Part shown: piece by piece, positions 48,620-60,065 of the stretch
How positions within the stretch are numbered: position 1 is the stretch's first letter
How the letters are laid out: each line of letters opens with the position of its first letter
NCBI RefSeq assembly: GCF_030028105.1
Contig: NC_092392.1
Location: 7,332,613-7,396,612, forward strand
Length of the DNA: 64,000 nucleotides
Direction: 5' to 3'
Source: Mobula birostris
Lineage: Eukaryota
Position numbers and translations under genes: made by a program
The notes under the pieces: model-generated
What the model saw: only the letters and a program-made list of their open reading frames with translations
The model's database searches: none
Told to the model about the DNA's origin: nothing

Positions 48620-51002
48620 GATAGGGAGAGGAGAATGGGCTGGAAAGCCCATTGGATTAAATTGTATTTAATTGCAGGGGCCTGACAGGTAAGGGCTTCG
48701 ATAGTAGGTCTGAGATATTATAGCCATTTTGAAAACCTGGTTAAATGAGGTACAAGACTGGCAGTTTAATTTTCTGGAGTGCAGGTGCTTGAGGCGGTAC
48801 AGAGAGGAGGGGGAATTGCATTTTTGATTAAAGGGAATGTCACAGCATTAGTGAAAAATGGATGCATTAAGGCTTTAACTGTGGAGTTGAGAAGCAAGAA
48901 GACTATGATCACTTACTTTCACCTCAAATAATCAATGGGAATGAGAAGAAAAAATATTCAAAGTTCAAAGTAAATTTATTATCGAAGTACATAAATGTCA
49001 TTTTGTTGCAGGCATACTCAATAGCCATACTAGATTAATAACCATAATAGAATCAATGTGAGGCCGTTTGTCTTTTGTTCAACCAGTGTGCAAAAGACAA
49101 CAAACAGCAAATACAAAAAGAAAGAAATAATAATAAATAAGTAATAAATATCGAGAACATGGAGATGAAGAGTCCTTGAAAGTGAGTCCATAGGTTGTGA
49201 GGGCGTTTCAGTGATGAGGCAAGTGAAGTTATCCCCTTTGGTTCTAAATGGTTGAGGAGTAATAACTGTTCCTGAACCTGATGGTGTCAAGGGAGTTAGT
49301 GCAGAGTTGTAAGAATATTAGAGATGTCATGGTAGGAGATTTCAACTTTCTTAAAATACACTGGAGCTACTATAATGTTAAAGGGCTTAGATGGGGTAGA
49401 GTTTGTTAAATGAGTTCAGTAAAGTTTTCTTCAGCAATAAATCGAGGGCCTTACTAGGAAGAGCGAAGCTTAGTATACTCTCGGTTAATAGAGCAGACAA
49501 GGGACTGAGGTAATATGGCACTTTGGGACCAGTGGCCGTAGTTCAATTTGTTTTAAAATGGTTATGGAATGAGACAGAATTGGTCCACAAATTTAAGGTG
49601 AATTGGGGCAGGGTGAATTTTGACAGTATGAGACTGTATCTAAAGGTGAGGTAGTGGGAGCTCAAGGTCTGCATGTTCCTGTGAGAGTGAAGGGCAAAGC
49701 TGTTAGGACTAGGGAACACTGCATGATGAGGAATATTGAGACCCTGGCCAGGAGAACAAAGGTACATGGAACTGGAATCAAGTAAACCCCTGGATTCATT
49801 TATATAAGGCGTATGTACAACCGGAAAGACCGGTTGATTATGAGCAGTCAGCATGACTTTGTGCATTGGAGATCATGTCTTACGAACTTTATTCAGTGTT
49901 TTTTGGTAAGGCCCAAGGAGGTTGTTGAGGGCAGGGGGGTGGTTTACATGGACTTCAGTAAGACCTTTGATAAGGTTTAACCTGGTGGGCTGCTCTGGAT
50001 GGTTAAATTGTATGGAATCCAGGGGGATTTGGCTAATTGGATACACGGTTGGCTTGATGTTAGCAAGCAGAGGGTGATGTTAGAAGGTTGTTTCTCAGAC
50101 TGGAGGCCCGAGACTGGTGGTGTGCATGAGGGGTCAGTTCTGGGCCCATTGTTGTTTGTCTTTTTATTTCAGTGATTTGAATCAGAACATATGAGGCATG
50201 ATAGTAAGTTTGCAAATGACACTAAAATAGTTGGTATATTGGACAGAGAATAAGGTTATGAACAATTCCTGGGGGATCTTGATCAGTTGAGTAAATGGAT
50301 TAAAGAATGGCAAGTGCAATTTCATTTGGCTAAGTGCAAAGTATTACATTTTGGAAAGTGGAGTCACAGGTAGACAGAGTGATAAAGAAGGCTTTGACAT
50401 GCTGGCCTTCATAAGTCAGACATTAGTATGAAAGATGTGAGGTTGTACAGGACACTGTTGAAGCCACAAATGGATAACTCTGTTTAGGTTTGGTCGCCCT
50501 GCTAAACAAAAGGTATTATTAAACTGGTAAAAGTGTGGAAAGATTTACAAAGATGCTGCCGCGACTTGAGGGACTGAACTATGGGGAGAAGTTGGACAGG
50601 CTGGTACTTTATTCGTTTGGAGCATGGGTAACTAAGAAGTGATCTATAGAAGCGGATAAAATTATAAGCAACGTATAATTATATGATGAATGCATTCAGT
50701 CTTTTCCCTAGAGGATCAGTATCAAGAAGTAGAGGGCATAGATTTAATTGAGAGGGATAAGATTTAATAGAAACTTCAAGGGCAACTTTTTTTATGCAAA
50801 AGGTTGTCCCTGTGTAATGAGCTGCTAGATGAAGTAGTTGGGGCAGAGATAGTACCATCTTTTAAAAGACAGCTGGACAGGTGCATGGATTGGAAAAGGT
50901 TTGAAGGGTTATGGATCAAGTTCTGGTAAATGTGGCTAGATTGGATGGGGCCTCTTGATTGGCATAGGCCAGGTGGGCTGAAAGGACTGTGCTGTATGTA
51001 CA
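48620..51002 (+). mobile_element. Old, deleted CR1 ORF2 remnant
   Basis: Remnants of APE (MVGDFNF), RT (VYMDFSKTFDKV, GSVLGPLLFV, KFANDTKI) and the 3' tail. Confidence 0.85.
48955..49290 (-). mobile_element. Rex/Babar-like 3' UTR nested in CR1
   Basis: ttcaaagttcaaagtaaatttatt tail on the + strand and gtaataactgttcctgaacctg at the right end. Confidence 0.6.
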
Positions 51003-51409
51003 CAGCGATCTCACTCTTTTAAAATAGCTCTATTGTGACAGCAGAGAGCTGCTTGACTTCAGTAGTATGGAAACAAATCACATTGTATGTAAGACAAAAC
51101 TTGTTTCCCAGTGTATGCATTCATATAGGTGAAAGTAGAAAATGTTGGAAATGTTCAGTGAGTCCAGCAGAATTTGTGTATAGGGAAACAGAGTTCACAT
51201 TTCAATTCTGGGATCCTTTGTCAGAACCAAACATCAAAGGGGTCACAGAATTGAAGCATGAATTGCTTCTTTTTTCATAGATACTGTCTGACCTGAATGT
51301 TCTCAGTATTTTCTTTATTTGTTTTGCTTCCAGCTGTTTTTAAATTTTACATGCTTAAAGATATATTGTTCAATTTTGGGACTTCCAACTGTCACAACCA
51401 ATGGTTGAT

Positions 51410-51755
51410 CTTTTAAAACCGTGAGAGGCATAGATAAGGTAGAAATTCAAAATCTTCTCCCTAGGGTAGAAATGTGAAACACCACAGGATATGCTTTTAA
51501 GGTTAGAGGGGGTGAAGCATGAGAGGCAAGTTTTTTTAAAATAACGGTAGGTGTCTGCAGAGGTTTACGAGGGATAGTCATGGAAGCAGGTAGTTTGTGG
51601 AGTTTAAGAGGCTTTTTTGTGGAGTTTAAGCTGCTTGCATATGAAATGAATGGACGGATATGGATGATACACAGGAGGATGACGTTTTGTGTAAATTGGT
51701 ATCAAGATTGGTACAGCATTGTGGGCTAGTGCTGTATTGTTCTATGTTCTGTGTG
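51410..51755 (+). mobile_element. CR1 3' end
   Basis: gagaggcatagataaggtaga ... gtgctgtattgttctatgttct tail. Confidence 0.75.
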
Positions 51756-52809
51756 ACTAGGAGGCATTCTGATATGGGTTGGCCAAATGTACAGAAGAAC
51801 AAAGGTGGTAGCACAGGTAGATTGGATACTGACTAACTCTTGGAGTTACATTGAACTTTTAAGCTTCAAAACACTGATGAGATCAATATGCTATGATGTG
51901 ATGTAAAAAGTATCAAGTGGATGAAAAGTGCCATGGACACTGGGGCTCAAGGGTTAGAGGATATAGGGTTTAAGCCACTAGGCATTTTAGAGTAAAGATA
52001 TTTGGCATTAGCTATAAATATGTTGGAGTTTCACTTGTGCTCTAGAGTGGCTTTTTGAAGATTAAGACAAAATTCTCAAATCTTATGTGGTATATTACCT
52101 CTGTCAGTGGCAGTTGGATTAGCCTGCCATTTATCTGTAGGGCCATGCTGCATGCAGCCTTAATGTCTTGTTTGCCTGTGTGTAAAGTGCTTTGGAATAG
52201 ATAGTGGTTATTTAAAAGATATAATTGTCACCTTTGGAAATTACATAAGTAACTCATGTCTGCCTTCATGGAAGAAGACTCAAAAATAACCCACCTGGAA
52301 ATAGTGGTGAACGGCAAATCAAGAGTGAATGACTAGCTGTAGAAAGTAATGTCAATAAAATTAATGGGACTGCAGGCTGATAAATCTCCAGGACCTGTGG
52401 TTTCCACAGGAGCTGAAATGAATCATCAAGAAAAGTGTCTAGGCTCACTAACAAGTATTTAATGTGGATGATTTGGAGTTTTTTTTGGAAAGCATTTCAC
52501 CCAAAGGGGTAAGATAACTTGTCCAGGCTTCAAGACAGCTGAAAATCACCTACTTGGAAAAGTAGCTAAACGGAATTAGGCTTCTTTCTGTCTATCTACC
52601 ACTCAGAGGATCCTAGGGGCCTAAAAGGATATTCAAGGGATCAAATCTTCAAACGGTGCGGGGATCAAACAAAAAAAAGCCTGGAGAATTCTGGGGAAAA
52701 AGTGCTTCTCTGACAAGATCACACCACTCCCTTGTTGAGTGATATTCTGTGAAGTATAAGCTTGATGACTGCGAATTGACCATAATCAAAGTTCTTAGGT
52801 ATCCATTTA

Positions 52810-55800
52810 ATAAGAACATAAGAAACAGGAGCAGGAGTTGAGCCTACTCCACCATTCAATAAGATCATGGCTGATCTGGTCATGGACTCATCTCCACCTC
52901 CGTGCCTTTTCCCCATAACCCTTAATTCCCCTACTACGAAAAATCTATCCAACCTTGTCTTAAATATATTTACTGAGGTAGCCTCCACTGCTTCATTCGG
53001 CCAGAATTCCACAGATTCATTACCCTCTGGAAAAAGCCGTTCCTCCTCATCTTCCTCCTAAATCTACTCCCCCGAATCTTGAGGCTATGTCCGCTAGTTC
53101 TAGTCTCACTTAACAGTGGGAAAAAACTTTCCTGCCTCATATCTATCCTTCTCATAATTTTATGTTTTTATAAAGTATTCTGTTATTCTTCTGAATTCCA
53201 GCAAGTACAGTCCTAGACAATTCAATCTCTCCTCATAGTCTAACCCCCTCATTTCTGGAATCAACCTGATGAAACTCCTCTGCACTGCCTCCAAAGCCAG
53301 TATATCCTTCCTCGAGTAAGGAGACCAGAACTACACGCAGTACTCCAGATGAGGCCTCATCAGTACCCTGTTAAGTTGCAGCATAACCTCCCAGCTCTTA
53401 AATTCAAACATTTTAGCAGTGAAGGCCAACATTCCATTTGCCTTCTTGATAGCCTGCTGCACTTGCAAACCAACCTTTTGTGATTCATGTACAATCACTC
53501 CCAAGTCCCTCTGCACAGCAGCATGCTGCAGTTTATTACCATTTAAATAATAAACTGCTCTTTCATTTTCCCTACCAAAGTGGATCACCTCGCATTTACC
53601 AACATTGTACTCCATCTGCCAGATACTTGCCCACTCACTTAGCCTATCTATATCTCTCTACAGACTCCTCATATCTTCGGGACAATTTGCTTTTCCACTG
53701 AATTTAGTATCATCAGCAAACTTGGGTACACTACATCCCCTCTTCCAGATCGTTAATGTATATTGAGAACAGTTGTGGGCCCAGCACCGACTCCTGCCGC
53801 ACGTCACTCACCACTGATTGTCAACCAGAGTAACACCCATGTATCCCAACTCTCTGCTTTCTGTTAGTTATCCAATCCTCTATCCATGCTAACATATCAC
53901 CCCCAACTCTATGCATCCTTATCTTATGGATAAGTCTTTTATGTGGCAGCTTACCAAACACCTTCTGGAAATCAAAGTAAGTAACGTCCATCTGTTCCCT
54001 CTATCCAGTGCACTTGTTATATCCTCAAAGAACTCCAGTAAGTTTGTCAAACAGGACCTGCCTTTGCTGAATCCATACTGTGTCTGCCTGATGGATCCAT
54101 TTCTTTCCAGATGCCCCACTATTTCTTCTTTAATGATAGCTTCAAGCATTTTTCTAACTACAGATGTTAAACTAACTGACCTACAGTTACCTGCATTTGG
54201 CCTACATCCTTTTTTGAACAGTGGCATGACATTCACTGACTTCCAGTCCACCAAGACCTGCCCAGAATCCAGAGAATTTTGGTAAATCATCACCAAAGCC
54301 TCCACTATAAGTTCTTCCATTTCTTTTAGTACCCTGGGATGCAATCCATCAGGACCAGGGGACTTGTCTATCTTCAGGCCCACAAGTTTTCTCAGCACTA
54401 CTTCTTTCGTGATAGCTATCATATCGAGGTGCTCACCTCCCATCGCATCCATAGCATCTCTCTTTGACATGTTAGATGTGTCCTCCACCGTGTAGACCAA
54501 CACAAAATAGTCATTCAAAGTCTTGGCCATTTCCTCATTACCCAATATCAATTCCCCCTTCTTGTCCTCCAAGAGACCTACATTCACTTTAGCCACTCTT
54601 TTCTGCTTTATATAATTATAAAAACTTTTACTATCTGTTTTTATATTTTGTGCTAGATTCGTTTCATAATCTAGCTTCCCTTTCTTTATTGTTCATTTAT
54701 TGGTACTTAGTTGCTTTATAAAGTTTTCCCAATCTTTCAGTATCCCACTACTCTTGGTGACTTTGAATGTACGAACTTTTAGATTGATTCCTTCATTTAT
54801 TTCCTTAGATATCCAAGACTGACTCTCCCCACCCTTGCTGTCCTTGCTTTTAACTGGAATATACTGTTGTTGAGCACCATGAAAAATTCTTTTGAAAGTC
54901 TTCCACTGTTCCTCAGTTGACCCACCATATAGCCTGTGTTCCCAGTCTACACTAGCCAAATCCTCCCTCATCCCATTGTAGTCTCGATTGTTTGGGCATA
55001 ATACACTGGTTTTAGATTGAACTATTGCATCCTCCATTTGTATGAGAAATTGAGTCATACTGTGATCATTCTTTTGAAGAGGATCCCTAACTACAAATCA
55101 CTAATTTTACCTCTCCCATTTCACAGGACCAAATCTAAGATGGAACGTTCCCTCGTAGGTTCAGTAACATGCTGTTCAAGAAAGCCTTCATGGATGCATT
55201 CTATGAAGTCCTCCTCAAGATTACCTTGACCAACTTGATTCACCCAATCTATGTCCAAGTTAAAGTCCACTTTGATAGCTGCTGTTCCATTCTTACACAC
55301 CTCAGATATTTCTTTGTTTATTGTCTGTGTCACTGTAATGTTATTAGTCAAAGGCCAATAGATAACTTCCACCAGTGTTTTTTTTTTCCTCTTTACTATT
55401 CCTAATCTTTACCCAGATGGATTCAGCATTCTTCTTTTTGGATCTTATATTGTGTCTCACTATCGCCCTGATCTCATCTTTAATTAAGAGTGCTATCCCA
55501 CCTCTCTTACCTTCCTGCCTATCCTTCTGTATTACCTGATATCCTTCGATATTTAATTCCCAATCCTCTTCACCCTGCAACCACGTCTCTGTAATGGCCA
55601 CTAAATCATACCCCTTTGTACTGATTTGAGCCACAAGTTCACTGACCTTGTTTCGAACACTACAAGCATTCAAATAAAGTTGAATGCCTTACACTCATTG
55701 TGCTTTAAAACCTTGTAATATTTTACTCTTTTGCATTTAACTATTCTTCACTCCACTCTTGCTTTTCTCTTTTTTTTATCTTTGCTTTTGCTTGATCTTT

Positions 55801-56248
55801 ATCCACACTTCTTTTTTTACTTTATCCATACTTCTCCAATCTGTAGAACCCACCCTCCGGCTATTTAGTTTAAAGCTCTATCCACAGCCCTTATTATATG
55901 ATTTGCTGGGATCCAGGTCCCATCATGGTTCAGGTGGAGCCCGTCCCACTGGTACAACTCCCTCCTTTTCCAATAGTGGTCCCAATTTCCCATGAATTCA
56001 AACCCACTTCTCCCACACCAACCCTCGAGTCACACATTTAACTCTCTAATCTTCTTGATCCTATGCCCCTTTGCACGTGGCTCAGGTAGTAATCCAGAGG
56101 TTGCTACCTTTTTGGTTCTGCTTTTTAATTTAGTCCCTAACTGCTCAAATTTCATCAGCAGAACCTCTGTCCTTACCTATGTCGTTGGTACCCACATGGA
56201 CCATGACAACTGGATCTTTCCCCTCCCATTGCAAATTTCTCTGCAGGT
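52810..56248 (-). mobile_element. Near full-length CR1 LINE (ORF1 SGNH esterase end plus ORF2 APE-RT), inactivated
   Basis: ORF1 remnant WEGKDPVVMVHVGTNDIG. ORF2 encodes NACSVRNK..AITETWLQ, KSPGPDGLHPRVLKE, GFSKGRSCLTNLLEFFE and RPHLEYCV. Tail appears as ataagaacataagaa on the + strand. Confidence 0.95.
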
Positions 56249-56379
56249 CTAAGAATCATCAAATATTGAAGACGTGGCTGACATCAGCTAGCATTTTGCA
56301 CCTTCACACCATTCCATTGTTACAACCATGGATAAGGGTAGCATGTTTAAGGCACACAACATTGCAGCACTTTTGAAGC

Positions 56380-56930
56380 ACTGATAAACAAAACATTCAG
56401 GAAATTTAAAAGGTACAATATCAAGATGGCCTTGCAATTGTAATGTGCATAATACAACAATGAAAGATGGACACAATCCCATACAATTGTCCAAGATGAT
56501 GTTATCAGGTTTGCAAATGGAGTTTGGTTTTACACTTTAACAAGGTAGAAGAATTACCAGAATCTCATGCAGATATTGGAACTTCTGTGGCAGAGCTTAC
56601 AGAGGAGCTAGAAGTTACCAACGTACCAGCATCGTGAAAGCAGCTTCAAGATAGAAGGTTTCAGAAAATGATAGGTATCTTCAAAAATGATTATCCCAAC
56701 ATGGAATACAATGTTTGAAATGGCCCTGTGATGGAAAATATTGTGCTTTGCTTGAAGGATCTTTATCAGATGAGGTGAAATGAGGTGTCTATCAACATCA
56801 TCTTTCAGTTACAGAGACATTACTCATTGTACTTCATTCATAAGCTGTTGTATGAAAGACTTTGACTAAGTTGTGTGCCTGGTGGGAAGGGGCACATTTC
56901 TCAGTTGATCCTTACTCTTCCTATCCCTGG
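56380..56930 (+). mobile_element. Ancient RTE-like 3' fragment
   Basis: atgaaagatggacacaatcccatacaa resembles the M.DGR.PKQ motif. Highly degenerate. Confidence 0.35.
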
Positions 56931-58223
56931 AGAAGCACGTGACAGTATTTCACAAACCATTGGAAAATTTGGTACTTCTATATCATAAATAAAAGTTGTT
57001 GATCACTAGAATTATGTAAATTATTTAGTTTTTATTTACTGTTTAACTTCAGATGCAAAGAAGAGGAAAAATGATTTTTCTTACTTTTGACACAATTATT
57101 CTGCCCTTGAACCAATTAAGAAAATAACGCATTGGTAACTTTTGCAACAGTATGCTAACATAAAAGTAGGCTTACTTTGTTTTAGCTAAAGTAATATGCT
57201 GACAGGATTAGAAATTTTGAGATTTTTGCAGATTTCAACTTCAATGCTTCTCTTTCAAATATTTGTAAGTTGTTGCCATGGAAATACTATATTGCCAAGT
57301 ATATGGCAAAATTTGAGTAGAATTTATAAAGCAGAGAGATGTTTTGCAATATTTTAACTAATCATATTTAAAGCCTTTGGACTCTTAAACTATCAGCCAG
57401 GAATGCTAGGAATATTTAAGAATACAAAAGCTAAATACTGTGGATGCGAGAAATGTGAAATAGTAGAAAGCATTGTAAATATTTAGTTAAAGCTGTGAAG
57501 GGAGTAACAGTTTAACGGACAGAGTTAGCGGTGTAAATGTTTGAACAAAGTATGGAGGTAGGGAAACAGAGAACAAGAGTCAGACTGCTGAGGTGGAAGA
57601 CAGGAAAGATTAAATAATGACTACTTTGGAGAACATTTTGTACTTACAGGTGTAGTATCATTCCTGAACCAGTCTGCTAAATGTCTGTTGACTTGAGACG
57701 GTTGCCCTTGAAGATGGAGGCATATTTTGAGGGTGTTTTAAGCAGATTGTTCTGCCTCTGGCTTGATGCTCTTAGTTCCTGCTTATATGAACCTGTCTTG
57801 CCCAAGTGCAGTGTGGTGACCAGACTAATCTGCAGGGATCACTTTCTTTGTAATTTCCTAGTTGGCTCATCCCGCCCCATCCCCAGGCATATTTGTTAGT
57901 AACTTTAGTGGATGCAATATCACCTTGACCATCATTGAGGGCGTTCCTCGTGTGGCAACCCCTCCCCCATCATCCTATTTCTTATCCCTCCTCTAGTCAC
58001 ACCATTTGTCTTTCACCCCTCCTCACCTAAGTCCACTGATACTTGCAACCTCTTGCTACAGCCCCTTCCAACCAGCTTTTTAAAAGGCCATCTTTGCTAT
58101 GTTACCGTAGACGAGGAATGTTCCTTTAGACAAAGTTAAGAATCTCTGGGTACAAGACTTACAGGCATCAATATCTGAGGAAACTTGGAATGAAATTTTT
58201 AAACTGGTTAATATGTCATCGCT

Positions 58224-58355
58224 AACAACAGGATTCTGCAGATGATGGAAATTTAAGCAACACACATAAAAGTTGCTGGTGAACACAGCAGGCCAGGCAG
58301 CATCTCTAGGAAGAGGTGCAGTCGACGTTTCAGGCCAAGACCCTTCATCAGGACT
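58224..58355 (-). mobile_element. Short Penelope-derived insertion with hammerhead motif, inside L1
   Basis: Nearly identical to 7139-7271. The minus strand of 58320-58355 reads AGTC-CTGATGA-AGGGTCTTGGCCT-GAAA-CG-TC-GACT. Confidence 0.85.
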
Positions 58356-58949
58356 ATGTGCTTACCATTGCTTTATACAATTTAAGGTGGTACATAGAGT
58401 TCATATGACTAAGGATAAGCTATCTCATTTTTATTCAGATATATCTTCATACTGTGACAGATGCAATAACGGAGAAGCTTCATTAATTCGTATGTTTTGG
58501 ACTTGTCCATGTCTTGAAAAATATTGGAAGGAAGTTTTTCAAACTTTTTCTTTGCTTTTCAAAGTCAATTTTAAGCCTAATCCTCTGACGACCCTATTCG
58601 GTATTGTTGCTGGACAAGATATCAAGTTGAAGACATCAGGTTTACATATTTTGGCCTTTAGCTCTCTTATAGCTAGGAGGGCGCTTTTGTTTAAATGGAA
58701 CGATGTTTCTCCTCCTACTCATGCTCAATGGTTATGCAATGTTATGTCATGCTTAGATTTAGAAAGATTTGTTTTTCAATTTCTGAATCTCGTCAAGACT
58801 TTCAAACATTGTGGGGACCCGTTCTGAATTATTTTCGAAACTTTCAAAACCCTCAATTCGTTGTTTAAATTTAGATGTTGGCTATTATTAATTTTTATTA
58901 TACGAGAAGGTATTTTACCTTTTTTTCCTTCTTAATAAACAGCTTCGGT

Positions 58950-59041
58950 CTTGGTAAGGGTTAGATTTTTTTTGTAATAAATTAGTATTACAAAATTTTG
59001 TAATACTAATTTATTACAAAAAAAATCTAACCCTTACCAAG
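58950..59041. repeat. Perfect 92-bp palindrome
   Basis: cttggtaagggttagattttttttgtaataaattagtattacaaaa is followed immediately by its exact reverse complement. Confidence 0.95.
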
Positions 59042-59128
59042 TGAATAGTTTAGCTCATGGGGGAGCTGTGGGGCAGACTCAATGGGCCGAATGGCCTACT
59101 CCTGCTCCTTTGTCTTGTGATCTTGTGA
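59042..59128 (+). mobile_element. CR1 3' tail inserted in the L1 3' UTR
   Basis: gggccgaatggcctactcctgctcct plus a (tcttgtga)2 tail. Confidence 0.8.
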
Positions 59129-59560
59129 GTATATTTCAATATAACTTTGACTAACCTACATGAATATGGGGTAATGAGGTTATTATTATGAATAGATATA
59201 ATGTAATTGGTAGTTTTTTTGACTTTTATATTACTTCCTTGTACTCTGTATTCTTTTATGTAGAAACTAATAAAAATATTGAAAGAGAAAAGGCCATCTC
59301 TCTGCTCTTTCAATCCAGGTGAAGGGTCTCAACCCAATAAGTCAATTATCAATTTCAATTCATAGATGCAGCCTCACTCTCTGACTTTCTCCAGCATCTT
59401 GTGTGTGGTTCTCTGTGACCTAGAGTTGGTTACAGAGCTGCAGTAAGACATCAGAGCTGACTTGGGCTTGGGTAATGCAGTTCTGACATCTTAACCACAG
59501 AATACCCTAACACCCTGAGGCAGAAAACAGCAATGGGGAGAAAACATCTATGGATAAGAT

Positions 59561-59660
59561 GGTCCTGACGAAGGATCTCAGCCCGAAATGTTGACTGTAC
59601 TCTTTCCCATAGATGCTTCCTGGCCTGCTGAGTTCCTCCAGCATTTTGTGTGTGTTGCAT
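59561..59660 (+). mobile_element. Short Penelope-derived insertion starting at a hammerhead motif
   Basis: GGTC-CTGACGA-AGGATCTCAGCCC-GAAA-TG-TT-GACT (59561-96), then the shared tail ending cattttgtgtgtgttgc. Confidence 0.75.
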
Positions 59661-59863
59661 AGGGCCAACAACATTATTTTGCCTCGTACTGAGAAGCTTT
59701 TAAATTAAAACTATTAGGATTATTATTATAATAATTTATAAAATATAATCAAATTGGAAACACATTGAAAACATTAAAATAAAACAAAACTCCGTGGGAA
59801 AGATGTGGAAGGCTGTGGTTCCCTTAAGAACTGTCAAACGCAACCTGTGTGATTAGTCAGTGT

Positions 59864-60065
59864 AACACACGCAAAATGCTGGAGAAATTTAGCAGGTCAG
59901 GCAGCATCTATGAACGGAATAGAGTTGTGATTTGGGCTGAGACCCTCTCAGGCTTGGTCTTGGCCTGAAATGTTAACTCTTACTCCTTTCCATAGATGCT
60001 GCCTTGTCTGCTAAGTTCTTACAGCCATCTTGTGTGTGTTATTCCGGATCTGCAGAATGTCTTGT
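59864..60065. mobile_element. Penelope-derived fold-back mini-element
   Basis: Inverted arms aacacacgcaaaatgctgg...gcagcatctatg / catagatgctgcc...ttgtgtgtgtt. Confidence 0.7.

Larger units (their letters stand above)
58099..59287 (+). mobile_element. L1/Tx1-clade LINE 3' fragment with nested insertions
   Basis: Encodes IQFKVVHRVH..SYCDRC....LIRMFWTCP and PPTHAQWL. A-rich tail and TSD aaaaggccatct (58082-93, 59288-99). Confidence 0.9.

Noticed and set aside
58273-58827. 184-aa ORF that looks like a novel fusion protein
   Set aside because: It is a chance in-frame join of the antisense hammerhead insertion with an L1 ORF2 C-terminal remnant, with a non-ATG start.
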